DNA of 64,000 nt from Tubiluchus corallicola (lineage: Eukaryota > Animalia > Priapulida), in NCBI GenBank assembly GCA_030141605.1, contig JAQGDQ010000759.1:36908-100907 (forward strand). The letters are read 5' to 3'. Shown here one piece after another: positions 23,751 through 37,179 of the stretch. The notes under the pieces are model-generated. The model worked only from the letters and a program-made list of their open reading frames with translations. It was not told the DNA's origin and made no database searches. Position 1 is the first letter of the stretch; the number at the start of each line of letters is the position of its first letter. The translations under genes were made by a program, and so were the position numbers.

Positions 23751-26519
23751 GTAAATTGTTATTACTACTAATAATAGTCACGGTTTCAACAGACTTTTAA
23801 GTGCTTTCATTTGGCACAGTGGCTAATAGTAGTAGTGCGAATTCACTGTGGGAGAAGCGTAACGAAAAATTGAAGTATTTAAATCAGGAACCTTTATTTA
23901 TATATATAAATGTTGCGTTTCCACTGAGTCCTCACACACAGGTTGACCGCACAGTCTACATACACGGAATTTTTCTGTATGATTCGCAAAAATTTAACGC
24001 AACAACGTACCTTTACAAACCATTGTTTTTTGTGCTTGTCGTTTCTATTGCGTCCACACGGAAAACCACGTACATGCTCGGATCCGCACTTTAATTACCT
24101 CAATTTGTTCTGGAAGTAGAAACTTCTAGTTCCACCCAAATCTCGCATAAATGTTATAGACCAGATTTACTGAAGCCCAGTGCTTGTCCAGCCAATTTTT
24201 GAACTTATTTATACTAGGTACCGATATCACTTCATTTGATAGACTGTCCTAGGTGTTAACAATCCTGTTTAAAAAACTTTGAGGACATACTAATTTATAT
24301 GCTCTGGTCTTACATAGTTTCAGATAATGTGCTCTTGTTGAACTTGTACCAACCTCTGACTTAAGGTATAGCTTGGGGCTAGCTTGGAATCATAGTTTTG
24401 GCGTAGGGTTTTGTAGGTTTGGTGTAGGGTTTCTATCACGCCACCTCTATGCTGTTTGTAAGCCTGTGACATTGTTTAGGCAGTTTTAGCTGTCTCATTT
24501 GATAATCCATTTAAGTCAGTCAGGGTTATTGTGGCTTGTCTCTGACTTTCTTCAGTATTGTCAATTAAACTAATCATAATAGGATGCCAAACCATTTTTT
24601 CTGCCGACAAAAAAGCTCATTTTCATAACAGAAGAAAAAATCGTACACGCTGCAGAGCTTAGAGTGTGTCTGATCCATCCAGGATAAAAGAGACCCAAAA
24701 CACACTCACTGACACACAAATTTTGCAAGACAGATGTAGATTGAAGTACTTAGCTTTTGATGTCAAAGGGGAAGGTAGAAGATTTGGTTCTTTAAGTTTC
24801 TGTAAATTTATGTCTGATTTTGCAAGTCTTTGTTCCACTGAATTTTTAAATTTATAATAAAGCAACAATTACATGTGCTGCTGTGCACAGAATTTCTCCT
24901 TTGTCCTGATATATTGATGTACTCCTTTTGCAAAATGTATATAGCACTCTCAAAATTACATTACATAGTTGTCTAGTTACAACGGAGAAAATTATAAGCG
25001 GCAAAATGTTAGCTGCGATGAAAACGGCTTGTTAATTCAACGAAACTAAGTGAATATACCTAATCTATTTAAATTCCAATGGAAAAGCAAAATTCGGACG
25101 GTTGCATGAAGTGTATTCTCCTAGAAAAGAGTTGTCCACATAAAGCAATATCAAGTTCTTGGCCGATTTCGAGGACCTACCTACCTTGTACTATAGTGGC
25201 GTTTTTACCACCTTCCTACCCCTTATATCGGTATCGACATCACACTGATGTAGCTTTTATACATTTTATTCTTCCTCTTCCCAAGGACAGCCAACAACAT
25301 CACAAACAAACGCAGCAGATCGATGTCAAGGAGAAACTGACAAAAATGGCAGCCTGTCGGGATCAATGCAAAATGACTGTGTCCTTGTATCGTCGTCTGC
25401 TACTGGCAAGCTCGTGTGAAAAAAACGTGAAGTCAGATAACGATATCTTGACTGAAGCACCCACGTATCTTGCTTTATAGTGGTGTTATCACATCTCCTG
25501 CCACCTACCTACGATGAATTTGATATTGTTATGTGTGAATGGCCCCAAAGTCTCGTCTAAAATTTTGTGCTAAGGTTTTTGCCGCATTTATTCCCTATTG
25601 GCCTTGATTGTACAGAATGCCATATCTACAGAATAAGTATAGATGCAGGTGAAACGGTTTTTGCACATGTAAAACAGTTGGACAGAAAACTTTGTGTTTG
25701 TGTACGTCTGTGCGAATGTAGCAGAAATTATTGACAGCAGCCTTAGTTGTGCTTTGATTTTGATGCAAATGGAATAACATAGAGATCACCTTTTGTGTTT
25801 GGCTTAACAATTGAAATTAAGCAACACTGGTCCCATAACTGAGTGGGTGGTCAGCAGGAAGACTGTTCTGGGATATTTTTTTCCTTTGCTTTTCGGAGGT
25901 GTTTATGTCAGGGAAGTATATATACATCTAAATAGTGTCAAGACATTTCTGTCGAATTCGTTCAGTGTCTCATCTTAGACGGTTATCTTAGACGGTTATG
26001 ATTGATACTTAGTTATTAAATTTGTTATGTTCCAGTTCCTCCACAATCATTCATCATTAGCAGTAAGTGCTGTTATTGAATACTGAATTCCGATACGCAG
26101 TGTGCAAACTCTAATTTGTGTAATTAGTGTACGTGTGATCTGTTAATAAATGTACAATACTTGGTGTCATGAGTGTGGACGTAAAGTTTTGCGTGTTGAG
26201 CACTCACGTACCTCTTTATGCCATCTTTTTATAGCACCCTTCTGTTGCAAGTGCCCTTTGTGTTTTTGAAGATGGGACCCATACTGTATTGAGCTTTTGT
26301 TAAAACAGTTTCACTAATTCCTCTGACTACGGAGGAGGGCATACATACGATTAATGATCAGTTAGGCGGTGCCTCATAATTTGCGTTTTGAATCATTGTG
26401 ACTGATTGTTGTTCAACATCAATTTTCGAATTTAGTAGTACATCAGTACTACATATGTATGGGCATATGTCTGTGGGACCCTATGCTTTGCAGTTATCTG
26501 ATACAGCAAGCGTCTAAGC

Positions 26520-27009
26520 CAGGGGTGAGCAAATTGCGGCTCGCCGAGATAATTTGTGCGGCCTGCGAAGAGATTTGTCAACCTAGTGAAAGTGCGGCCC
26601 GGGCGATTAATTGAGTGTATCCAGCTGAAGTCCGTGCCACAATCCCAAAGATAGTGCGGTTAGTTTTTTCTTCTAGATCGGATGCCATTAACCCTTACAA
26701 GACGGTTGTAGCTCAATGTCACTGTACTACACAGACTGTGTGATACACATAACTAATATGCATTGTAATGAAATTACCACTATCTGTCCTGAAAGTAGAA
26801 ATATATGGTTTGTAATATAAATTTTAATAACTTCTAAAATAGTTTCTTGAGTGTAGTAGTGCAGTAGTAATGATGTGCGCAGGTCGGATGCAAAAAAATC
26901 GTTATTAGGCCTTTCTGTACTTGGCTCCTTGATCAAACTGCCTGTGGCCCGCAGGAATTGCGGGAAAGTTTAATGTGGCTCGGCTAGTCAGATAATTTGC
27001 ACACCCCTG
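26520..27009. mobile_element. hAT (Charlie-like) MITE
   Basis: TIR CAGGGGTGAGCAAATT / AATTTGCACACCCCTG; TSD GTCTAAGC / GTCTAAGA. Confidence 0.9.
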
Positions 27010-27054
27010 GTCTAAGAGCATGTTAAAGATGTTACTAACGACTTGTTTTTTTAG

Positions 27055-27123
27055 GGTAGCTGGCCGACAAACATGCTCAATGCTTGTAAGAAAGTCGCAA
27101 ATGGCTTCAATGCTTTTGCGAAG
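27055..27123 (+). CDS. SDHC: SDHC exon 2 (mitochondrial targeting peptide)
   Basis: TTTTTTTAG acceptor; VAGRQTCSMLVRKSQMASMLLR is basic with no acidic residues; AG|GTAAGT donor; phase 2/2. Confidence 0.85.
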
Positions 27124-27838
27124 GTAAGTGATTGTTGCACATGATGTAATGAGTGCATATTTGTTTACATAAGTTCTGCTCTTGTTGTGAGTTTAACTGC
27201 TCTGCTCCTAAATTATTACAGACTTGCTCCTAGCCTTGCATAGACGATGTTTCGTTACCAACTCTGAATTTCTAATTTATCTTTAGACTAATGAGAATTT
27301 GACAAATTTCAAACACTCTCTTAAATTACAAGAGCCTTTTACATACAGTTATGATATCTTTTCTTATAATTTTCCCCAAAATAAGGACATGGAATTCTCA
27401 AGTAAAGGATCACAGTTGAAGAGTAAGGATGTGACACAGGTCTGAAAAATTGAAAACTAATTTGTATCGATAGATGTTATCTGTTGATATTCTTTTTGAG
27501 GAAGTGAGATTGCAGTCAAATTCATATTTACCTATAGGCTAACTAGGCCTTAGCCTAGGGTACCAAATTTTGAAGGGTGCCAAAAATGTGTATCCTTTCA
27601 TATTTGCTTAGAACGCTTATTTCATAATATACCACAAGCAGTTATTGATTCTGCTTTTATATAAGTGCCGTTTAACAAACAAATACAATTATTACATAAA
27701 ATGTGACAATACTCTACCACAAATACTAGATAATAGCTGGTTGCAGTAGGCAAACAAAGCAATTCTTGATAACAAAATTACCCAGATAGCAGCCTTGAAG
27801 GAAATGTGATATTTTGAGCACAATGAGCCTATAGGTGC

Positions 27839-29966
27839 CCATCTCTGTAACGATTGTATCAAGCCATGCATTGAGCACACACTGTTGTCCATCTCTGTAA
27901 GGATTGTATCAAGCCATGCATTGTGCACACACTGTTGTCCATCTCTGTAAGAATTGTATCAAGCCATGCATTGTGCACACACTGTTGTCCATCTCTGTAA
28001 GAATTGTATCAAGCCATGCATTGTGCTCACACTGTTGTCCATCTCTGCAAGGATTGTATCAAGCCATGCATTGTGCACACACTGTTGTCCATCTCTGTAA
28101 GAATTGTATCGAGCCATGCATTGTGCACACACTGTTGTCCATCTCTGTAAGAATTGTATCAAGCCATGCATTGAGCATACACTGTTGTCCATCTCTGTAA
28201 GGATTGTATCAAGCCATGCATTGTGCACACACTGTTGTCCATCTCTGTAAGAATTGTATCAAGCCATGCATTGTGCACACACTGTTGTCCATCTCTGTAA
28301 GAATTGTATCAAGCCATGCATTGTGCTCACACTGTTGTCCATCTCTGCAAGGATTGTATCAAGCCATGCATTGTGCACACACTGTTGTCCATCTCTGTAA
28401 GAATTGTATCGAGCCATGCATTGTGCACACACTGTTGTCCATCTCTGTAAGAATTGTATCAAGCCATGCATTGTGCACACACTGTTGTCCATCTCTGTAA
28501 GAATTGTATCAAGCCATGCATTGTGCTCACACTGTTGTCCATCTCTGCAAGGATTGTATCAAGCCATGCATTGTGCACACACTGTTGTCCATCTCTGTAA
28601 GAATTGTATCAAGCCATGCATTGTGCTCACACTGTTGTCCATCTCTGCAAGGATTGTATCAAGCCATGCATTGAGCACACACTGTTGTCCATCTCTGCAA
28701 GGATTGTATCAAGCCATGCATTGTGCACACACTGTTGCCCATCTCTGTAAGAATTGTATCAAGCCATGCATTGTGCTCACACTGTTGTCCATCTCTGTAA
28801 GGATTGTATCAAGCCATGCATTGAGCACACACTGTCCATCTCTGTAAGGATTGTATCAAGCCATGCATTGTGCTCACACTGTTGTCCATCTCTGTAAGGA
28901 TTGTATCAAGCCATGCATTGAGCACACACTGTCCATCTCTGTAAGAATTGTATCAAGCCATGCATTGTGCACACACTGTTTCCCATCTCTGTAAGGATTG
29001 TATCAAGCCATACATTGTGCACACACTGTTGTCCATCTCTGTAAGAATTGTATCAAGCCATGCATTGTGCACACACTGTTGTCCATCTCTGCAAGGATTG
29101 TATCAAGCCATGCATTGTGCACACACTGTTGTCCATCTCTGTAAGGATTGTATCAAGCCATGCATTGTGCACACACTGTTGTCCATCTCTGTAAGGATTG
29201 TATCAAGCCATGCATTGTGCACACACTGTTTCCCATCTCTGTAAGGATTGTATCAAGCCATACATTGTGCACACACTGTTGTCCATCTCTGTAAGAATTG
29301 TATCAAGCCATGCATTGTGCACACACTGTTGTCCATCTCTGCAAGGATTGTATCAAGCCATGCATTGTGCTCACACTGTTGTCCATCTCTGTAAGGATTG
29401 TATCAAGCCGTGCATTGTGCACACACTGTTGTCCATCTCTGTAAGGATTGTATCAAGCCATGCATTGTGCACACACTGTTGTCCATCTCTGTAAGAATTG
29501 TATCAAGCCATGCATTGTGCACACACTGTTGTCCATCTCTGTAAGGATTGTATCAAGCCATACATTGTGCACACACTGTTGTCCATCTCTGTAAGGATTG
29601 TATCAAGCCATGCATTGTGCACACACTGTTGTCCATCTCTGTAAGAATTGTATCAAGCCATGCATTGTGCACACACTGTTGTCCATCTCTGTAAGGATTG
29701 TATCAAGCCATACATTGTGCACACACTGTTGTCCATCTCTGTAAGGATTGTATCAAGCCATGCATTGTGCACACACTGTTGTCCATCTCTGTAAAGATTG
29801 TATCAAGCCATGCATTGTGCACACACTGTTTCCCATCTCTGTAAGGATTGTATCAAGCCATGCATTGTGCACACACTGTCCATCTCTGTAAGGATTGTAT
29901 CAAGCCATACATTGTGCACACACTGTTTCCCATCTCTGTAAGGATTATATCAAGCCATGCATTGTA
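27839..29966. repeat. 50-bp minisatellite, ~42 copies
   Basis: Unit ATCTCTGTAAGGATTGTATCAAGCCATGCATTGTGCACACACTGTTGTCC. Confidence 0.97.
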
Positions 29967-30125
29967 ATAATAAATGTATAAGAACTTGGAACGACATTTT
30001 TTAACGCTCGCTCTGCCTGTCTTTTCTTAGATTATTTTAAAATGTCTGTGGTTGCTACTTACCATTTTGCTTAATGGGTTTGTTAGGATAACTGTTTAAA
30101 ATTTGTTACTATTTTACACTGACAG

Positions 30126-30292
30126 TGCGGCACCCATGGCAACGAAGACGCCGAAGGAATTACAAGATGAGTTTTGGAAAAAGAATAAAGAACTGGGGCG
30201 GCCTGTTTCTCCGCATCTGCAAATCTACAAAATCGACTATCACACTCTTTTATCAGGGACACATAGACTCACTGGGTTTTTAATGTACACAG
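30126..30292 (+). CDS. SDHC: SDHC exon 3
   Basis: SAAPMATKTPKELQDEFWKKNKELGRPVSPHLQIYKIDYHTLLSGTHRLTGFLMYT; carries the RPxSPH and SxxHRxTG signatures of cytochrome b560. Confidence 0.97.
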
Positions 30293-30505
30293 GTATTGTG
30301 TGAGAAGTTTTTTAGTTCGTGTACCTGCCCATAATTTGCTGAAATGCACCATTGCTGGTTCATGATGAGTAGTATTGATTGTTGCTATAGCCATACAGGC
30401 GCTGGTCTTCGGTTTTTACAAATATTTATGCATGAACTGTGGTAACTGTATAGACACCTTCTGGGTGTTTTTTGTGTGAGATTTTATCTGGTGATAAAAT
30501 TAGCA

Positions 30506-31438
30506 TTTTTCCGCAGTCCGCACATTAATGCTGAAAGCATGATGAAATTTAAACTCTTTTTCCATTATTTTCCTGCAGTCCACATATTAGTGCTGAAAGC
30601 ATGATGAAATTTAAACTCTTTTTCCATTATTTTCCTGCAGTCCGCATATTAGTGCTGAAAGCATGATGAAATTTAAACTCTTTTTCCGTTATTTTCCTGC
30701 AGTCCACATACTAGTGCTGAAAGCATGATGAAATTTAAACTCTTTTTCCGTTATTTTCCTGCCGTCCGCATATTAGTGCTGAAAGCGTGATGAAATTTAA
30801 ACTCTTTTTCCGTTATTTTCCTGCAGTCCACATACTAGTGCTGAAAGCATGATGAAATTTAAACTCTTTTTCCATTATTTTCCTGCAGTCCGCATATTAG
30901 TGCTGAAAGCATGATGCAATTTAAACTCTTTTTCCATTATTTTCCTGCCGTCCGCATATTAGTGCTGAAAGCATGATGAAATTTAAACTCTTTTTCCATT
31001 ATTTTCCTGCAGTCCGCATATTAGTGCTGAAAGCATGATGCAATTTAAACTCTTTTTCCATTATTTTCCTGCCGTCCGCATATTAGTGCTGAAAGCATGA
31101 TGAAATTTAAACTCTTTTTCCATTATTTTCCTGCCATCCGCATATTAGTGCTGAAAGCATGATGAAATTTAAACTCTTTTTCCGTTATTTTCCTGCCGTC
31201 CACATATTAGTGCTGAAAGCGTGATGCAATTTAAACTCTTTTTCCATTATTTTCCTGCCGTCCGCATATTAGTGCTGAAAGCGTGATGAAATTTAAATTC
31301 TTTTTCCGTTATTTTCCTGCAGTCCACATACTAGTGCTGAAAGCATGATGAAATTTAAACTCTTTTTCCATTATTTTCCTGCAGTCCACATACTAGTGCT
31401 GAAAGCGTGATGAAATTTAAACTCTTTTTCCGTTATTT
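30506..31438. repeat. 62-bp minisatellite, ~15 copies
   Basis: Unit TTTTCCTGCAGTCCRCATATTAGTGCTGAAAGCATGATGAAATTTAAACTCTTTTTCCATTA. Confidence 0.97.
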
Positions 31439-31785
31439 TGATTTGCTAGTCAACAAAATGTTACAAATATCAGAAAATTGTCTTTATTGCAGTTCTTTTG
31501 TGTTGTCTTCATTAATTTCTCAATATTATGTTACACATATTAATGTTTTTGCATTTTGCACGTACTTTCTGTATAATACAGTATGTAGCTTAATGTTTGA
31601 GTGGTGTTCATGCAAAACATTTCCACTGAGTGAAACTGCAAAGAATTGAAAATAGATACAAGTTTATCATAAACTTTGGGAAGGGTTTCCTTTAACTGCT
31701 AAAACTTGCATCCAAACATTACCTGGTTTGAAAATCTCATGATTAGCTTAGTTGAAGTAAAAACTATTAATAAGGTGTAATTATT

Positions 31786-32291
31786 CAGGGATGAGAATTC
31801 CGAGTTTTTTGGAAGACCAGTAGTGCCATTTTTGTAAATCGCGTAAATTCGCTGAGAAAACTTTTCTGGACCCAGTACATTATTTCTCAAGCTGACCGCT
31901 AGGTGGCAGGCCGTCGCTTTGTTTACATCACGTACATCAGTGTAACCACGTGTAGATCTCTATGTATAAAAATATAGAATCAATTGTACGGAGTTATTTG
32001 AGTCAATTGAAGACAGTTTTTATATACTTTTGCATAGGAGCGGCCATTACTTAGGCGTTTTTGAGACAATTAGGTATCATGTATCCTTGATAGTTGGGTA
32101 TTTTAAATTATGCATGAAACAAGGTAACTGATATTTTAAGTCCACTTAGAGGCTCTCTATGGTCACAAAATTGCAATTTGTTGCTGGTTCTAAGGAGTCT
32201 TCGCCCCCCTTGAACCTCCATGGGGTCCTACACGGCCCCCAAACCCCCGGCCTGTTTCACAGTTTTTTGCAATTTGTCATTCTCATACCTG
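31786..32291. mobile_element. MITE family CAGGGATGAGAA, copy 3 (inverted)
   Basis: TIRs present; flanks ATTATT / AGTATT. Confidence 0.9.
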
Positions 32292-32452
32292 AGTATTTTG
32301 ATTGTTTGAATATGTAGGTCCGTTTGGTGAATGTTTCAACGCTGCCTCGTATGAAAAATAGTAACATTTGCTTATTTTTTGTTATTTTTGCGTAACTTGC
32401 ACATAATTTTCACTTATTTTTAACTTGTCAAAGTTTATTGTTTATATCGTAG

Positions 32453-32619
32453 GTCTTGCAGCGTTTGGTGCAGCAACACTGGCAATACCTGCTGCTTACC
32501 CCGCCTGGATAGCGGCAGTCAAAACTTGGCCCGTTACTGTACCCTTCATCGTCTACCCGGCAAAGTTTGGCTGTGCATTTACTTTGTTTTATCACTTAAT
32601 AAATGGACTCCGGCATTTG
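32453..32619 (+). CDS. SDHC: SDHC exon 4
   Basis: GLAAFGAATLAIPAAYPAWIAAVKTW...AKFGCAFTLFYHLINGLRHL; heme-ligand HxxNGxRHL motif; GTAAGT donor. Confidence 0.97.
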
Positions 32620-32689
32620 GTAAGTGTTCAGATCGTTCATTCAGAGATTACATGTTTAGTTTAAACATAATTTATTTAGGATTGGATCA

Positions 32690-33280
32690 GACAGTTGATC
32701 CTCACCACAACAGACTTTATACACTATTTACAAGAACATTTACAGTAAGAATAGACTATAACTACGTAAAAATGACAAGTTTTACTACAAGATTACATTA
32801 GACATTAGTAGAAAATGACGGTTAGTTAATATTAATGTACGATTATTTAAGACCGATGCATTTCATATCAGATAGAAACTACTGGAAGCGTTTAGTACGT
32901 AATATAAAGTCATGTATACATTGGAATATTTTACAGTTAGCAACATAGTTAAATTCATCTTTACCGAATAATAACAACTTCAACAGATCATTATTTCCTA
33001 AGACAGCTATATCAAGGTTTTCGGGCAGAAGTATTTCATTTAGTTTATCAAACATAACAACCCTAGCTAGTTGATACAATGGCCAGTGCAACAAAAAGTG
33101 TTCAACAGACTCAAATCGAAATCTACAGTTACAATTCGGCAATATTGGATGACCGTTATTATCTTTACAGCCTTTAGAGAAAAGGTCATAGTTTAGCTGA
33201 GAAAATCCGATTCTCATGCGCGTATGATGCACTGAAATTGGAGGTTTACCAAATGAAAAATGTTTCTTACGCAACGAAAA
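32690..33280 (-). mobile_element. Non-LTR retrotransposon 3' fragment
   Basis: HTRMRIGFSQLN...CNC..ESVEHFLLH.P...LLFG...FILRTKRF, a zinc-knuckle-type LINE C-terminus. Confidence 0.75.
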
Positions 33281-33732
33281 ACTTAAGATTACGTGTTTAT
33301 ATCAGAGCTGGTGTGGATATCACAATTTCATTTATCTGCATCTGCAAAATCTGTAAAGTTGCGTGAAATTTGATAAATTTTATGCGCAATTTTAAATTTC
33401 AGCATTTTTGAATCGAATTCGAATTCAGTTTTAAGAATTTGTGAATCACTAGTAAAAAGATCTTGCATATTACTTGATTTTGTTCTGCAGTAAAAACTTA
33501 AAAAGTTTGTTAAAACTGAAGAACTTAAAAAGAAATCGCAGCCAAACTGTGCTGACTGTATGATGTTTCAAACGTTTTAATGGTATGTAACGTATAAAGT
33601 TGAAGTGCTGAATTATTTCAATCTATAATTTTAGGTTCGAATCGAATTCGAACGTTTGAACGGTTAATGGCGAAATAACAAAGCGCTTTCTATTCTTGCC
33701 GTTCGAATTAACCTAGAGAATTTCTTTTATAG

Positions 33733-33867
33733 GGCTGGGATTATGCAAAAGGATTCGAGTGGAAAACGGTTTACCAGACTGGCTACCTTGCTATGGGTTT
33801 AGCGCTAATTTTAGCAGCAGCTGCGACACTTTATGTACCAAGTGTACCCGAAGAGTGGCTCAAATGA
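33733..33867 (+). CDS. SDHC: SDHC exon 5 (terminal)
   Basis: TTTTATAG acceptor; GWDYAKGFEWKTVYQTGYLAMGLALILAAAATLYVPSVPEEWLK*; WD motif plus the last TM helix. The ORF track shows a different frame here. Confidence 0.95.
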   Translation, partial: GWDYAKGFEWKTVYQTGYLAMGLALILAAAATLYVPSVPEEWLK

Positions 33868-35691
33868 ACGGCTCATTATATTCTTGTTTTCTTCTTCTTC
33901 TTAACGAAGTAGCGTTGTTCACGTTAGATGGCGTTGTAGATATCGAATCTCTGTAATAGATATAAAAATCAATGACAGATACTGAAGACTAGTTAGGTGA
34001 TTGTTATTATGCGTATTGCGACAGTTAGATTTCTTATATTAATGCGTACCTTTTAAAACTTTTCAAATACCTTTGTACTCTGTAGTGTAGATAAGCGGCT
34101 TTAGCATCAGAGATTAGTATTAGCAATAAAAAAGGCAATTTGTAAGTGTTGACTAGTATTTAACAGAACTACAGCTATAAAAAGTATCAGAATACTATGA
34201 ATGCACAAGAAACCCTCCACTTACATAAAACTTAAAAGATTCATCCTGAAATTTTATACTACTTGCATACTGCCTTTTTGCATACAGGGTTTGCGTTGGC
34301 AGTAACGCTGTATAAAACGTGTAAATTTAAACTCCCGCGATGACCGTTACGTGCAGCCATTTTAATGGTAGGTCGTTTGAAACAAGTTTTGATAACATTG
34401 AGTAAAGTTTGAAAAATAATCAGAGCATTCGTAGCAGACTCGTTACTAACTAAGTAAAATTTTAAAATATTGCATCTTGTCTATAAGATTAAAAATACGT
34501 TTTTGGTTAGTGAGTGGCGCACCCTGGAGGTTAAGCTAGCGACGTTTTACCAATTGGCACGAACATTTTAAATTATTATTTCTTACTTTAGTCTTTCCAG
34601 CAGGTAAACGAAATGGTAAGTAATATAGATTTGCATGGAAAGTGTTTTGATACATAATTTAACATTGCCTTTTCTTCCCCTGATTTACATTTGCGTAGAT
34701 GACGTCATGTAATGGCGCCGTCGGAACAGTATTGCAGGAGATTTAAAATGAAAACAAACAAAAATTCCATTTAACGTGAGTAAGATATACGCATACAATT
34801 CTTGTAAAGTAATATAATTTTTAAGGCAATTTTTCTGAAACCTACTTCAGGTGCCCCTTTTCTTGTCCTTTAAGCTTGTCTCTGTGCACAGTCCCTTGCG
34901 TTTCTTTATGAAAAATTTTTCAGGTAGATTTCCAATGTTTTTTTAGTTATAGTTTATAATTAATAGCGCTGCCATTTTGCTTTCGTCAAACATGTTTTGT
35001 CAAACAAATGTTGGCATCCAAGAAACACTCGATGTATTTGTTATTTTTGGATGTGTCTTGAGTAATATAATTTATTTCAGTTGTTCTTTATCTCAGTCTT
35101 TGTGTTATTTTAACATTTTCTGTCTGTTTAATTTTATGATGAAGTAACAGTTGTTGTCCCAAAATGGTGCTAAAACAACAATATGTGACAGAAAACGGTA
35201 TTGTGACGTAACACATAAGCCGTTTAACGGGACGCTTGCATTAAAAGATTGGCAGGAACATATGTTACCGGATAGAAGTGTATGTAAAGGATTAAATTAA
35301 GCTAAGCTGTTGGACATGATGAAAAACTAAGAAAAATGTTAGCACTATTAAGATTTCAATGATAGGAACACAAGATGGTGTATAAACCACAAAAACAGCT
35401 TTGGAAAAAGACATAATGTCGTGCAAAAACTTGTGAAAAAGATTTGTGAAAAACTTGTGAAAGTACTCGTGTAAAAAAACCCATGAAAAACATAAGCTGT
35501 ATGATGGCATTTTGCACTTTGGCATGAAAGAAGACAAGAAAGATGACATATCAAGAAAAAGACCTGTAACCGTAACACGTTTTTTCAGACACGTAACCTG
35601 AGAACGTGTTTTGATAATAAATTTGCTATAGAAGTGTAATGTAGTCAATAATTTTATGTATTAATTTGGATGCGTGAAGTTTAGAACGCAA

Positions 35692-36036
35692 TGAAGTCTG
35701 CTAAACAGGAACGGAAGCAATATTCTTGCAGTGCCAGTTTGCTTGATTGGGGCAAGTATGGCAAGTGAATAAGTACTTTAATGTAGACCAAATTTAGTCA
35801 TAGAACCCAGTGAAGTCTGCTAAACAGGAACGGAAGCAATATTCTTGCAGTGCCAGTTTGCTTGATTGGGGCAAGTATGGCAAGTGAATAAGTACTTTAA
35901 TGTAGACCAAATTTAGTCATAGAACCCAGTGAAGTCTGCTAAACAGGAACGGAAGCAATATTCTTGCAGTGCCAGTTTGCTTGATTGGGGCAAGTATGGC
36001 AAGTGAATAAGTACTTTAATGTAGACCAAATTTAGT
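35692..36036. repeat. 119-bp tandem repeat, ~3 copies
   Basis: TGAAGTCTGCTAAACAGGAACGG recurs at 35692, 35811 and 35930. Confidence 0.95.
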
Positions 36037-36722
36037 AATAAACTATTTCGTTCGTCATTAGCGCAAGTGAAAAAGTGCCGTTTTTATGACAATGTAAGCT
36101 GCCTCTTTTTCTTGATCAAATATGTAGTACGTATGAGGAAATAACCACTTCTGAAAGATGCTAATTAGAAGGTGCGTCGATAATTAAGTGCTAGGTAGTA
36201 GTGATACTATTACAGCAGAAGTGGTTATACATTGCGTTCATATGTAACCAATGACGTCGTAATGTCTTGGTAAGCCTTTGTTTAGTTCTTGCTGGCACTG
36301 TTCCAAAAGCTGTACATTTTAAAATAAATATTTTTTTTTGTATTAAACCATTTGCGCTTCTTTTTACTGTCATAGTTTACATCTAGTCACTTAGGTGCTT
36401 ATTTGCATTTAAAAGATGCAATGCTTTCACTTTTTTACCAAATTTATGCTTCTGCCGTGACAGTTTTATGTCTTGCAGGCTAGTTGCAGCTTATTTCCGG
36501 CGATTGACCGTTTATTGCAAAAATAATTTATCAGACTAAATTTAGCTTTCTTTCTGCTGGATAGATGGCGCTCTTCAATCAATAACGTGGCATGGATACA
36601 TAACTTGACAGGAAGCTCGTGAGCCAACGTCTGACGACAAAGAAATAGAGAATGTAAAAAAATTGAAGCACCTAAAAGGTTTCTTGTCTTGTTGCTATGC
36701 GATAAAGCCTCACATCGGTTAA

Positions 36723-37179
36723 AAAACTGTATTTCTGTATAATTCTGAGCTCTGGACATTAAAAGCAAATCATAAAGCTGAAATTGATACGTTTCAAAGG
36801 CGAAATTACAGAAACATTTTGGGTATTAGATGGCCAAAGAAAATTTCAAACAAAGTTCTATATGAAAAAAATAAAAGAAAAACCTTGGACAAGAAAAATA
36901 AAAAGACGACGTTTAAGATGGATTGGGCATATGCTTAGACTACCTGATGACGTTCCAGTGAAGATAGCTCTTCAACAAGCCATAGAACCAGCTAAAAAAC
37001 CTGCAGGAGGACAGATATTTAGATTTTGCACAGAAAGATTTAAACACTTCAGCATTGATCCTTAGAAATAAATCCACTTGGGGCATTGCAGCGTGTAGGG
37101 AGTCCTGGCATAGAGAGGTGAGCAGAATCATGTCCCTGGACGTGGGATTCATTGAAGAAGAAAAAGAAGAAAGAAAGAA
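36723..37179 (+). mobile_element. RTE-clade LINE 3' fragment
   Basis: ILGIRWPKKISN...RRRLRWIGHMLRL, (GAA)n tail, 9-bp TSD ATCGGTTAA. Confidence 0.88.

Noticed and set aside
27692-29494. Cys/His-rich repetitive ORFs
   Set aside because: Translations of the 50-bp satellite inside an SDHC intron.
33759-33956. 65-aa ORF
   Set aside because: Wrong-frame overlap of SDHC exon 5.
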